DNA of 64,000 nt from Ginglymostoma cirratum. Lineage: Eukaryota. The position numbers and the translations under genes were made by a program. The notes beneath the pieces were generated by a model. The model was not told the origin of the DNA. It worked only from the letters and a program-made list of their open reading frames with translations, and did no database searches. Of this stretch, positions 1-14,019 are shown in pieces (within the stretch, counting starts at the first letter, position 1; the number at the start of each line of letters is the position of its first letter). The stretch covers positions 18,285,679-18,349,678 of the forward strand of contig JAHRHZ010000268.1 of assembly GCA_024137785.1 (NCBI GenBank), in the 5' to 3' direction.

Positions 1-739
1 GTGCAGACAGTAGTAGTCCTCAAGGAGAGGAAATCCTTTTGGCAAGAATTTACCATTCACCATCTGCTGCACTCCCATACTGCTGACTTAGATCTAGCAT
101 TGACCAATTCCCCTGATTACCTGTAAGAAAACAACAGCTGGCACATCTGACCACAACCTCATTTCTATCTAAGTAGCCTTTTATAGTATCTTGAGAGAAA
201 TAACAAATGCGGGGTTCAGCTATGTAACAGAGATAATTGGAATTGTCTCAACTACTTAGACTGGCATCCTCTCTATCAGGAGGTCAGATTTTGTTTGATT
301 TTAGATCAAAAAATATATTTTTAGACCATTGGAATGTCTCTCTAATCTAAAGATTCATGCCTTGGCTTTGCATCACAAGTTAGTTTGTTTATGAGTTGCT
401 TGTTTTTCTCCTTACTATCTCTTCTCTCCAGATGTCACTGAGGTATAGCCTCATAACAGGCCAGCAATTATCAGCAAGCTACTTAGCCATTGAAACTACC
501 ACACTTGAGCCTAATTCTATTCAAATGACAGCCATATATGCACTATTGTCAGTTGGGAGCAATTCATGCTAAAAGATGGGGAAGTCAAAATGCTTTTAAT
601 ATCAATATGTGACACAAAAACTAACTCTAGTGCTCCCATTGCTGCCACAGCTAGATTTATGAAGACACACTGCAACTTAGCACTGTTCAAAAGCTACTTT
701 GGTTTGTTGGGTGATCAGGCAAACAGAAGGACTGGGAGC

Positions 740-975
740 TGAAATAACTCCACAGAGGCTAGTATCACATCACCAAGTCATCTTTAATTTACATGTGGAG
801 AGTCCTTGACACTGATCCAGCTCCCTCTGAGCCAGCTCTCAGACTGAACCAGACGTCTGACACTCCTGTTCTTATTTGTCAGCCTGGGCTCCCAAATTGA
901 GGCTGTTAATCTGGTCCAATCAGTAACCTCATATTCTATGATGTCGACCTAGCTGACCTTGTTACAATCATTACA
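740..975 (-). mobile_element. Solo LTR (Gypsy type) with 5-bp TSD GGAGC
   Basis: TG...CA termini; GGAGC at 735-739 and 976-980. The reverse complement ends gcctctgtggagttatttca, like the LTRs at 34952 and 36107. Confidence 0.85.
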
Positions 976-2519
976 GGAGCATATTTTCTTTTAAAGTCCC
1001 AATATTGCTGTCATTGGATTGTCAGAATCTCAAATTCAGGATTATCTCCAAGCTGCTTGATGTCAGATAGGCTGTAGAGCCTTGTGGAAGATGGCCAAAT
1101 GTGATCCCATTGTCTTTTGTTTTAATAAAGGCTGAATTTAATTTAGCAATTCCAGTGAAAAAGTAGTGTTGTCAAACATTATGCCTTTCAAAAAGCCTTC
1201 TGATATTCAAGATTACAAGTTCAAAACATAATGTGAGATAAAGAAACTTAAACACTCACTCAATCACTGGCTGTTTAACAATAATGTAAAATGGCTAACC
1301 AATTTGCTATGGCACATTTGTTCTAAAGCTGAAGATCTTGTTTCTTAAAGAAATGTGGTTAAAGAACACTGAAACCATTCAGCTCATTCTGTGTCACAAA
1401 ACCTTTCCAAAACAGATTAAGAAGGTATAATGAGAGTGTATGGTAGCCCAAAATTGCAGCAGTTGGGTGTTGACTTTCGTTCCAAACACAATATTGCAGT
1501 GAATTATTTTGTACCCCAAGGGATCAACTATTATTCTTTTTAAAACAGAAGACATACTAACACCATGACTCTGTTGAGGTGTTCCCACACTGGCCTTGAC
1601 AGCTGTTGCCTCATGTGACGAGATCATTGAGATCCTTGTAAACAGCAAATTCAGTGAGTATGAGCTCAGGAGGGACAACGATGTATTGCAGCATTGCAGC
1701 TGTAGCTGAGGTAGTCTTGTCGAGACCAATTAGCTTTCTATTTGTCCACATTAGTCAAGGTGGGGTAGGGGTGTTGGTGAAGGAGTAGAGATACTGATAT
1801 CCTGAGAAGGAAAATGTGTAGAGCTCCTGCTGTGCTACTGTTATTGGTGCTGAATTCAGCGTTTCTAGTCATCCATGAGAGAGCAGACTGCTGAAGATGA
1901 GTGGTGTCTTCAAAATGTTTGCCCATTTGCCCCATCACCTTCTCCAGGGCAGATACCTGCCTCAATCTTTAACCCAAAGCAAAGTCACAGCAGTTATTTA
2001 AGCTTCCATCAGAACTACAGCTGCTACAACTAGTGACTACTATTGTAGCCTGGCTTTAACCAATGTAGACTGCAGAGTGTCAGCACAATGCAATACTGAG
2101 AGACAGATTGAAAACTGACAGCTGACGGTTTTACAGAGGCTCAAATAAGAAGAGAGGTTGTAAAGAAAAGCAAGAAACCCTTTCACAGAAGTGTCTAGCT
2201 TCCTACACTCCTAGCCAGTGACAAAACCACAAACTTGTATTTAAACTGTGCCTCAACATACCAAACGTCCCAAAGAATTTCAGAGAGGTATTACCAAACA
2301 CAATTTGACACAGAGACACATGGGGAAATGTTATGGCAGATCACCTAAGAATATCAGTGAATTGGGTTTTAAGGTGCGTTGTAAAGGAAGAGAGAGCAGT
2401 ATATAGCTACGCAGAAAGCTTTCAGAGCTTTGTCTCTTGGCAATTGAAGGCACAACCACCAAAGACTGAGAAGTTAAAATCAAGACTGTGCAAGAGGCCA
2501 AGAGTGGAGATATCATGAA

Positions 2520-2900
2520 GGGCACTTGTATTCTCATACAGAATGTGGGCATCTCTGGAAAAGCCATGATTTGTTGCCTATCCATAACTGAATGGCTTGT
2601 AGGCCATTTCAGAGATCAGCTAAGAGTCAGCTACAATGCATGAGTCTGAAGTCAAATATAGGCCAGACTGGGTAGGAATGGCAGATTTCCCTCTCAAGTG
2701 TGAAGCAGATGGATTTTTACGATAATTGACAATAGTTTACGGTATCATTGATGAGACTACATTAAAAGTATAGATTTATTTATTGCATTGAAATAGCAAC
2801 AGCTGCTAAGATATGATTTGAAACTATGTAGCCAGAGTAGTAGCCTGAGCTGGATTACTAGCCAAATGAGATTAAGTTTACCACAACACCACCAACTGCC
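2520..2900 (-). mobile_element. Decayed tRNA-derived SINE (SacSINE/DeuSINE-like)
   Basis: Reverse-complement similarity to the SINE at 47325-47665 (ggcagatttccct, gatttgaa B-box remnant). Confidence 0.5.
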
Positions 2901-4463
2901 CCTGTAGGGCTGGAGGATTCACTGAACTCAGGAGGCACAAGGTCATTGAGATAAACTATTTCAAAAAACTGAAGGAAAATTTTAAAGTTGAGATACAACC
3001 GATTCAGGAGTCAATGTCAGGCACACAGCACAGGAATGATTCATGAATGGAACATGATGTAAACTAGGACACAGGCAGCATTTTGGGATGGTCTGATCAC
3101 TGGAATACAGGAGGCCAGCCAGGTTCATTAGAATGATCATTTAGAAGTGACAACGGTATGGATGAGAGTTTCAGCAGCAGATGAGCTTAGGCAAGGCAGA
3201 GTTGAGTGGTGTTATGATTGTGGAATTGATGGTTTTAGTGATGGCACAGACACGGGGTTAGAATCTCATCTGGTGATGAAATGTGACATTATGATTGTGA
3301 ATTGTTTACAAAACCAAAATATGCAGATGTTAGAAATCTGAAACTTTCTATTAACTCTGTTTCGCTCCACAAATGCTGCCCAACATGCTGAATATATCCA
3401 GCATTTTCTGTTTATTCATAAACAGCCCATTTCAGCTTTAGTCAATGCTAAGAAGACGTCACTTGAAAATGAATTTGTGGTGGAATATGATGACAATAGT
3501 TTCAGTTTCTTCACATTTAGTTGGAGAATATGTCTACATTTCCAGTACTGGATGTCTGCTACAAATAGTTCACGATTCATGGATTTTTTAATGCAACTTT
3601 TAGTTAAAGGCATTTAAGTTTTAACCATAGAAAATGGGGTTCTGATCAAAAATCTAGTACAAATGGCCAGCACTGGAATAAATGTAATGATAACAACCTT
3701 GGAGTCTATTTGACTTAAAGGCTTGGGACCATGTTGCCTTAAGAGATTAAGAGCTAGAGAGGTGGGTACATAATAGAACAAGTGGAAAATCTTAAACAAT
3801 GCATATTATATTTGCGGACCTCGCTTTCCTACTGCATTTTGATTTAGCCCCCTTTTCCTCTCCCTACCGTTTCTTCGCTTTTGATGGTTTGCATTGCCCC
3901 TCAGTGGGCTATGTATGAAAATAAATCAATTGGAATACATTGGTGATTTTCTGGTTGTGGTTAAAAGATGGGAAAAACAAAACACAGGTGATTTGGTGAC
4001 AGGAAAAAATCCATTCAGTTGTGTTTAGGAACGCTTCTGGATATAAATACAATTTTTAAAATTTGTGGACCTTTTACTGGAAGCAAGAAATCTCCCAGAA
4101 AGAGCAGTCCAAAGACGGTTTTTGGGAGTTAAAGCTAAATTAATTTAAAAGCATTTGTTAAACCCCAAAAGACTGTAAAAACCATTCATTTCATCAGATC
4201 AAAAAAAATTAGATGATGGATGCTTAACCTCAAAGTCTGTTCAAGAACATTCCAGAACATCTTCCATCAGCATGCAAATGGATTGAGCCTAAGGAGGTTC
4301 TCTGGTTTCACTTTATCCAGGCTTTTGCGGAAAAGATTAGTTTGAACTTGAAGTGTGCAGTTGCAACTCACTAAGAGAAGACAGTCAATATAAATGACAG
4401 TCATCTACACTGCAGCATAAACATGAATAAAGCTACCTTCATAATTAGCCATGTGGAATGCAG

Positions 4464-5184
4464 GTGATGCTTAATCTCAGTTTGAATTTTGGAAAAGCAA
4501 ATCAGGGCAGGACTTGTACACTTAATCGTGAAGTCCTGGGGAGTATTGCTGAACAAAGAGACCTTAGAGTGCAAGCTCATTGCCTTTATTGGTCAGTGCA
4601 TTTAGGAGGTCATGTTGCAGCTCTACAGGACATTGATTAGGCCACTTTTGGAGTACTGTGTGCAATTCTGGTCTCCCTGCTATAGGAACGATGTGGTGAA
4701 ACTTGAAAGGGTTCAGAAAATATTTACAAGGACGTTGCCAGCGTTGGAGGGTTTGAGCTATAGGAAGAGGCTGGATATGCTGGGGCTATTTTCCCTACAG
4801 CGTCAGAGGCTGAGGGATGAACTTATCGAGGTTTATAAAATCATGAGGGGTATGGATAGGGTAAATAAACAAGGTCTTTTCCCCGGGGTGAGTGAGTCCA
4901 AAACTAGCAGGCATAGGTTTAAGGTGAGAGGGGAAAGATTTAAAAAGGACCTAAGGGGCAATTTTTTCACAGAGGGTGGTTTGTGTATGGAATGAACTGC
5001 CAGAGGTGATGGTGGAGGCTGATACAATTACAACATTTAAAAGGCATTTCAATGGGTACATGAATAGGAGGGATATGGGCCAAATGCTGGCAAATGGGCC
5101 TAGATTAATTTGGGATATCTAGTCAGCATGGATGAGTTAGACCAAAGGGTCTGTTTCCATCCTGTATATCACTATGACTTTATG
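4464..5184 (+). mobile_element. CR1/HER1-type LINE 3' fragment
   Basis: ORF LYRTLIRPLLEYCVQFWSP...LERVQK...GLFSL...HRFKVRGERFK is a typical CR1 ORF2 C-terminus; ctatgact tail. Confidence 0.9.
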
Positions 5185-6064
5185 AATACAGTGGGGGAAC
5201 TGAAGATAAACATGGCCTAACTTCAATGTAGCACAAGAAATATAGCGATCCTCATAGAATCCTGTGGCAAAAGAAAACGATCAGCAGAATTAGGTGCACA
5301 GTTTTGAGAAGGCAAGCAGAACAAAGGATTAAGACATCCACAGTCCAGAGGTACCAAATTAAATTTTGCCTTCTCAAATAGCTGGAACACTGGGGAGACC
5401 TAAAGTGGAATTTTAGAGGACTGTGGCATACTTTTTAAGGTCCTTTCAGAAGCTAATAACTCATAGCCTTTACCATAAAATATTTGAAAATTCTTGGGGG
5501 AAGTAAGAAGCAAAACTAAGTGAATAACACATCTAGTTATAAACCAAATTGTTAAGTGAATTGTGCTTGCTTTGTTTAAGTACTATAGACACTAAAACAT
5601 TTGTTTACGCTTAAAAATGTAAAAACTTGTGACTTGGTTCTATCGGTTAAAATAAGGTGCTCAGATTTCTCTTTAAATATTAATGATCTCTGGCCAGAGT
5701 GTAAATATTAGATACTAGTAGGACAAGTTAGAGCATTGGAGTGGTTGAGTGAGTTGCTAGTGTGGGAGAGATGAGTTTTCAATGCTTGCTACTCCAGGTC
5801 TAACAATCAATGAGGTTGTTTGGTCTGTCCTTGCTATACGCTATTTTGACCTTCAAACAGAGAGGGCAAATGTCGATGAAGGTCTTCTTCAGAAGAAAGT
5901 ATAGTCATGTGGTATTCTATTTGTTGTGCGGAAGCCGAAAGCAAGACAAAGAAATAAGCAATCCTGGTTCACTTTTATCGAATAGAAAACAAAGATTGTT
6001 ATGGGGCAGTGAGTACACACACATTCAGCTGAAAAGTCTGTGGGGAGCTCACACACAGGATGGT

Positions 6065-6706
6065 GGCAGGATTTTCATCCCTCAAGGACAGAAAGCCTGC
6101 CTCAGAGAGATGCCACCAATTAGATGGCCAACAACTCTGTAGTCCCAACAGTGCCAGGAGGGACGGGTGGCCACTATTTACACTCCAGACAGTCCTCAAT
6201 CGAGACAAATACTGGAGGCTAGGCACCAAAATAAGCGGCAGAGACAGAGGTGGGGGGGTGGATTTTCCTAGGTCGGGCTGGCAGACACCAGTAAGGAGTT
6301 TGAAAGACAGGCTTGAAAAGCCTAAGAGGGATGATTGAGGGAGAAGTGTGATTTTGATGAGAAGGAGGGTTATTGTCGGCATTGACAGACACGTGGATCC
6401 ACAGAGGAAGTCACCTGGCTTAGCCTGACTCCAACCTGCATAGCTAAAGCTGCCAGGCTACTAGATGGTGTAATCCTACCATTACTATGGGTAAAATAGT
6501 AGCAGGGAACAGAATACGGCCATTAAACTGACCACTTACAAACTTCAACAAGCACTGGAGTGTGCAAGCTATCCCACATCTTCACCAATCCCATATAATT
6601 TTAAACAGATCAAAAGCAGGCGAGTAGGTGATGGGGAAACCTTGCACTGGATTTTATGAGGGCTCACCTTTGAATATGCCAGCACGGGGGAATAAAAACC
6701 AGCCCA
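6065..6706. mobile_element. Possible non-autonomous DNA transposon (PIF/Harbinger-like MITE)
   Basis: Imperfect inverted ends tggcaggatttt ... aaaaccagccca. Similar gggc(t/a)gattttc starts near 9247 and 41843. Confidence 0.35.
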
Positions 6707-7899
6707 GGCCTGTGGAACAAGAAATAAGGAAGGAGCCATGAGAGATTTTGCACATTGCATAAAAACTACTAAGTGTGAAGAGAATTTAAGAAATTATTCT
6801 ATGTTAGTACAAAGATTGAGAACGTGGTTTGATGTAGCCTTATGCTGAATGGTAAATGATAGAGCAGAGGGAAGGAATACAATGACAGTGGTCGGGAGGG
6901 GAGCAGCAATGAAGAGCTGTTTCCAAGAATTCTTGATAGATGGAGTTAAAAGGAATTTTGATTATTTTTGCTACTCTTGAGAGGTTATTCAAGAACTTCC
7001 CATGATGGTCCTGGGATTCGTGCTTCCGGAGCTGATAATTCTACCCCTACTCTTTGTGAATGTGAAGGATAAAAATCTATTCAACTAAAAAAAGACTTGT
7101 TCCAAGAAATGTGTAGACTGATATAAAGATTATATTCATAAGTCTTCCTTTTGGTCTAGTAGATAACGTAGTTTTGAACTTATCATCTATAATTGTTATC
7201 TTTATTATTCCAATAACCCTTCTTCCAAGAAATAGCAATGATCATTCCCCTGTGCACAAGGCTGTGCATAACATATTAACGGCAAAATTAAAAGCACACA
7301 AAACTGATACAATCCTTGTGATGTTGTTGAGAGTTGGATAAATGGTTTTGGCTCTGGTAGACAATGACATAGTCTGGTAGCACTGGCTCCAGGATCAGGC
7401 TGGTATGGAATCAGCATCACAAGAGCATATCAGATCAATTGCTACTAAGATCCAGTTAGAATGTGCCAAGCCAAATAATGAACCCAACACAAATAGTGAT
7501 ATTTGAAAAATGGTTAAAGAAAGGCCAAGTTTAGGCATCCATTGATGCAACTAGAAAGTATTTTCCAAAAATACCAATGCTATCAGTATTTGTTTAATAA
7601 TCATTGTTTATAAACCATTAAACTGATTTATGCAATTACTTGCTGTAGTTTGGGAACAAGTTAAATTAATACAAAACTGAATATAGTTAACATGAACACG
7701 CTCTCATACAGGTGATTATTAGTTTTGAACTATTTTGATGGAATGGATTGCAATTTCAGGAAGTTCCATTTTGGAGGGCAGACTCATAGCGGTGTTATCT
7801 TTTAGTGATGACGAATACCTCAGGGTTTCTATTCATGGTGGAACATTAATGATAGAATTTATCAATGCCTCCACAAATGAGTTTAACTTTTTAGTACTA

Positions 7900-8092
7900 T
7901 GTGTTGCAGAGTGACGCCAACAGCATGGAAGCAATTCCCACACCAGCTAGCATTACCGTGAAAGATTCACCTTCTCAACCTCTCGCCTCACCTGAGATGT
8001 GATGACCCTCAGTTAAACCACCACCAGTTCTCTCGCTCTCTAATGAGAAAACAGCCTTATGGTCCACAAGGATTACGGCTACTTTACTTACC
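7900..8092 (+). mobile_element. SINE-like dispersed repeat (second copy at 51205-51415)
   Basis: Both copies share ttctc..cctctc.cct.(a/g)cctgag.tgtg.tgacc...gttaaacc...taatgaga...actttac; B-box-like ggttca.ttccc. Confidence 0.7.
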
Positions 8093-10779
8093 GTGGCGGC
8101 TCCAAACTACAGTAGCAACATTTCTAAATAAGTTTTTAAGTCTAACACTTGCCTAAAATGTGATCCCAGTACACAGAGAATTTGTATAATCTCCATGCAC
8201 AAAAAAATTGCAAACATGTCAATGTATGAGATAAAAATAAATTGGAAGTAATTCTGACGAAAACTCATCAACTTGAAATATTAATTGTGATTCTCTCTCC
8301 ACATATTCCATCGGACTTGCCTAGTATTTCCAATATTATTCAAAAAGTGACCTCCTTGGCAAATTAGGAAAGGTTATTCCATAGACTTCAGTAATTAAGA
8401 CTATCTTCCTTGCACTAATGTTTAAAGTAGCATTTACATTTGTAGAAAATTGTACATTGTTCCCTATCTCATAAACATTTTAAGAGAAAAGCGCTGAAGG
8501 CAATGATAGTGCAGTGCTGGTATAGACTGAATCTCAAAGTATGTGGACAGCGTATTATAGTACAGAATTTGCAAAGGAAATTATTCAAGTAAACAAATAT
8601 ATTGATATTAGTCAAGAAAATAACTGAAAGCAAATTATTTTATGAGTAACGTTTGCCTATATAGAACAGTAGTCTTAGAATGATAGGAGAAAATATGTTT
8701 ATTTTCACCAACACATGATGCAGCAACTCCAACAGCAATGACTTGTAATTATGTAGCACCTTGAAAATAATAAGGCATGGTAAGGCACTTCAGAGGAATT
8801 TCATCAAAAAACTCTGGCCCTGAGCCACATAAGGAACATCTTTCCTATACCCGTACTCATACTTTTATCCATCATGAGAAAACAGTTGTCAATGAGGGGA
8901 GAGCAGCAATGATAAGAAAGCAGGAAAGAGGTAAAAGCAGCAATGAAACAAAACCAACACAGCTGCTGTTGTTTCATAGTGATGGTGATCTGTAGTATTG
9001 AGTCAAGGAATCATCACAGCATTGTGCAATAATGCCACACTTAATTTGTTGTAATGTAAAGTTGATACTGATATATATTTCTCAGAAACCAGAATGGACC
9101 CAATGACTTGGAGGATAATCAATTCTCACATCACATTTACATCATCACAAAATCTTAAAAGTAAAATATAGGTTTATATGTGATCTACTAATGAATATAA
9201 ATATCAGAACATGAATCAGTTGGTAATAAGAGACAGAGGAACACTGGGCTAGATTTTCAGTCCAGCGTTGAGTGGCTTCTAGGTCCTGCATCAACAATAC
9301 TGACACCAAGAGAATCCAGGAATGGGAGAATGGAACCTTATGATGGGATGCAATTTGGAATTGTAATTAATAGCGATTATTGGGCTTGCCATTTTTTCGG
9401 TCAAATGGAGCAGCCAAGATATTGAACAGATACTCAGCAGTTTCTTAGTCCAAGCAAGTGCCTAAATGTTCCTGTTCAGGCGACACTGATCAAGTGGCAG
9501 CAATTTGTGCCACTGCATGAGTACCTCAGTTTGACTATTCCTTCTTATACATACTTTTACATCAGTGGCTACAATGAATAATGGATCCATGCCATGCTCT
9601 GAACAGCTGTGCACTAGTATGCCCCAGATTGTTTGCTCTTTCCATTTTTAAATTTGAAAGTTTGATTCTGTCCCTTTCCAGATTGTTAATAAGCTCTTCA
9701 AGGAGCCTAACAGAAAATTATAGATGGTGCAGGTGGCAGGTTCCCCACTGTTGCCATCCCTGTAAAAAAATCCAACATTTCCCAGACATGTCAGAGACTG
9801 AAAAAAATTGAAGTGTTAAATTTTCTATTCATGGACCTCACCCCATTGCCAAACAATATCAACCTCATTATGCCTGACAAAAAAGATATCGCAATTGGGT
9901 TAAAATTTATAAAATTTTTCCTCAAACAACTTATGGTAAAATGCAAATTGTAATTTTGTTCAAATATTTTATGTCTGTAAATACTGAATATAATAACACA
10001 AATAAAAAGCAAACAACACCACGATACTCAATGGATCACATTTTCCATGTAAACATCAGCTTTGTCTATTCACAAAATACTCCTTCGTATTTGTAAAAGA
10101 ACCATGGTGAAAATACACTGTAGTATTCTACGAGACACTGTAGGCCATAGGGAAGGCGAACGGAACTTTAACCAAATACACCCAACTGATGTAACTGACT
10201 GGATTGAGTAGCCACAGCTTTGGTACCCTATCCAAATTAAGTATCAGGTAGGATAGAAAATGGACAGTAGATCCCACCATGTCAGTTTCCTATGAGATGC
10301 ACTAGGTTAAAATTCATCTCTTCATCATCTCCATAAAGTATTGTGTAGTATGAAATTTATGACTGATCAACTGTCATCTGTTTTGCAGTCCTGTTAAGGT
10401 TCAATTTTAACACTCCCTCAACCCCAGAATTAGCTAAATTCCTTTTGGAGTTCAGTAGATCTTAAAATAGTCTGTCATCAAGTTATTTGCTATTCAACCG
10501 GTCATCCATTCTGATCCCCGCCAATATGTTTGCAGCCAAACTGTAATTTCACAAACAAAACTATGCAAAACCACATAACAAACTTTGCAAATAAAAACTT
10601 GTTGCAATCTTGTGCAATCAATTTATCAATCTGCAGCCAGAAATAACAAATAGATGACCTTTTCCAACTTCCTCGTGAGCCACTCAATATCAGAGAATCC
10701 AGCTTTCAGCGGTTTTGAGCTTTTCCATCTTACATCAAGAAATAGCTGACTGTACTAAGTACAACAAATTCTATGCATT

Positions 10780-13140
10780 CAGCATTATTTCGGTTGTAGT
10801 GCTAAAACTAGAGCTAACTGTGTCCTTATCCAAGCTGTTTCAGTACGGTTACAACTCTGGCAACTCACCAGTAATGTGGAATATTGCCTAGCTATGTCTA
10901 CAAAATGCAGGACAAATCCCTGCCAATTATAGTCCTATCAGTGTCCTGCCAGTCATTAGCAAAGTGAAGGTAGGAATCAACAACAATTGACTGAATAACA
11001 TGCCTCAATAACCTGCTCACCAATGCTCAGTTGTGTTCACCTGGTGCACCTTGCCTCCAGACTTCATCAGAACCTTATCAACATAAACAAAGACTACCTT
11101 TGAGAAGTGATATTAAAGTGACTGCGTTTATCATTGGGCAGCATTTGACTGCCCATAACTCCATGGAACTCAAGTAAAACTGAAGTCACTAGGTGGTCAC
11201 TTAAAAAACTCTCTATTGGCTGGAGTTAAACCTGACGTAGAGGACAATGGTCATACATGTTGGAAGGTAGTCACGTTATCACGAACACCCAACCTCCCTA
11301 TCAACCTCCCCCATCCCACCCTCCCAGGACTGTCAGAATCCCTCAGGGCAATAATCTTGAGCCGTTTAATTTTTCCTTCACAAAAATCAGAAGTTGGCCA
11401 GTTCACTGATAACTATCACTATTCATATCTGAGTGCAGTTTCTCAGACAATGAATCAGTTCATACCTATTTGTACCATGGCCTAAACAACATTTGACTTG
11501 GGTTAATTAATTGCCAGTAAGATTTCTATGATCAGTTGTCAGGCAAAAATCACTTTCAATAAGATTATTTCTTTAACCACTTCTGTTGGCTATTCAATGC
11601 TATTACCATAGCAGAGTTCCTTCTATCAACATCCGAGGAATCACTACTGACCAGAATCTCCACTAAATCAGTCTTATAATTACTTAGCTAGGAAAGGAGC
11701 AAAGAGAGTACTCTGCAACAAGCAGCTTACCCCTGACTTGCCAAAGCCTCTCCACAGTAATAAAGTCATAGAGAATGGCTGTGATGGAATCTGCATGACT
11801 TGATAGATATGCATGTAGAAAAACAATTAATAACAATGAAGAATCCACAATAACACTCGATACTGGAGCCCCCAAGGGTGCATCCTCAGCCCCCCCTACT
11901 GTACTCCCTGTACACCCATGACTGTGTTGCCGACTACCAGTTTACTGATGACACCACCGTAGTGGGACGGATATCTAACAACAATGAGTCAAAATACAGA
12001 GGGGAGATAGAGGGCTTGGTGACGTGGTGCAATGAAAACAATCCATCTCTCAATGTCGGCAAAACTAAAGAACTGATCATTGACTTCAGAAAGAAAGGAG
12101 GAGAACACGCCTCCATCTACATCAACGGAACTGCGGTTGAGAGGGTGAAGAGCATCAAGTTCCTTGGGGTGACAATAATCGACAAACTATCCTGGACTTC
12201 CCACGTAAATGCGACAGTCAGGAAGGCACAACAATGCCTCTTGTTCTTCAAGCAGGTCAGGAAATTTGGAATGTCCCTCACCAACCTCTACAGATGCACC
12301 ATTAAACGCATACTGTCTGGGTGAATAACGGCCTGGGATGGCAACTACTCTGCCCAGCAATGTAAGAAACTACAGAAGGTGGTGTGCATAGCCCAGACCA
12401 TTACGGAAACCAACCTTCCATCCAAGGACTCTATTTACATAGCCCGCGACCATGGAAAGGTGGCCAACATCATCAAAGACCCATCGCACCCTGAAAATGA
12501 CCTCCAACAACCTATTCCATCAGGCAGAAAATACAGAAGCCTGAACACATGCACAAGCAAGTTCGGGAACAGCTCCTTTTTGGTTGTTATCAGACCGTTG
12601 AATGGACTCTAGCCTCAAATAATGTAACCTGTATGCCTCTAAGTCTTTATGATCTACACATCCTTTGCTGGCTGTGATCTGCCTGTACCGCTCATAAACA
12701 AAGCTTTTCACTGTATTTCAGTACTCATGACAATAAACTCAAACTCAAATTAAATCAAATCAAGAAACTTGAACTGTCCAGGTTAATGTAGTTTTCATGA
12801 TGTATCCCATTCATTGGTCCAAATACATCATGCATTTCAGTCAAAGCATCTTCAGCAGCATGGGCCAAACCAACAACTTTTACCACTTTGAAGAATAAAT
12901 AAGGGCAAGACTTGCAACAGCAACACTATCACAACAAGTTCCTCTTCAAGTCACACGCCATCCTGACTTGGATATATACCATTCCTTCATCAAAATGTGG
13001 CACTCACCACCATGCACTGCATGTGGACATCCTCATCAAACAGATGGCATTGCTTCAAGACTACCAGCTGGTCAGGACATTGGCAAAGGGCAAGAAATTA
13101 AAACCATTGTCAAGGAATCATATTCCCAGAATGATGTGTC
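10780..13140 (+). mobile_element. Decayed L2-like LINE interrupted by the Rex1 insertion
   Basis: RT remnants (aagctgtttcagtac.gttacaac, gcagcatttgac, cctcagggc, gttcactgat). The 3' part at 12780-13140 resembles the L2 tails at 17860-18210 and 37715-37838. Confidence 0.55.
11835..12765 (+). mobile_element. Rex1/Babar-type non-LTR retrotransposon 3' fragment
   Basis: GAPQG..LSPLLYSLYTHDC..FTDDTTVVGRISNNNESKYRGEIEGLVTWCNENN..LNVGKTKELIIDFRK RT signature; AATAAA followed by (aactca/aatca)n tail. Confidence 0.85.
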
Positions 13141-14019
13141 TAAAGAGAAACGGTCCAAGTTCCCAACAGTGAAGGGGGTGAATTGCATATTAAAAGAAAT
13201 CAATCGCCTGAAACAAAGAGGGTTTTGGTAGATCATCCCAGCGACTGAAATCGATGTTAACCGGGTGAAAAATCCACCAAACCCACGTGGGGGGAGGTGT
13301 AATCGCCCTTTTAACGCCGATTTTAGCAAGTTTGAAATAGACGCACTGCCTTCCAGCCAAATCGGCACCATGGCAACTTCAAAACAAAATGTCATAACAA
13401 ACTTGAATGGAACTGGCTGCGGAGTTGAGCTTCAGTAAACAAAGCAGGGTGCCGCTGGAAAGAGGCTGCAGAGCAAGTAAAAAGTCAGGACAGAATCCCT
13501 TACCAGTTTCCCCTGCTCCTGGCAGCTCGGTGGCCCAGCGGTCGCTGTGCGTCTCCAGATGCTGCAGTCTCCTCTCCCCGAGGCCTCTGGAACCCAAAGC
13601 TTGCAGTGGTTCAGCGAGTATTCTGCTTTCCGAAGTGTTTCTTGTCTTCATGTTAAACAGCAGTTCCTGTCTCCCCGACGCTCACACAGCGGGTGAAGTG
13701 AGTTTTGCAAACGGAACACTTTATGATATAAAGTCTTACTAGTACGTGGCTGGAGATTAATTTTGAATGTTATGTGCTCTTAGTGAGGTGCATCACCTGA
13801 ACACCTGTTCCCTCCCACAATGAGCTGAGTAGCTGACGAATTCCAGTAACTGTCAAGTGAACAGACAGCTCTTTTCACCTTACAGGTACGGTCAGTGTGC
13901 ACATCCGCGCTAAAATCAATGGGCCTCATGTACACCTTGTTTGTTGAATAGAGTGGAATTTTCTACTTTCCGGGGTGTTTGGCACCGAAAGAGTTGAGGT
14001 TGGAACATCTGGAATTGAG

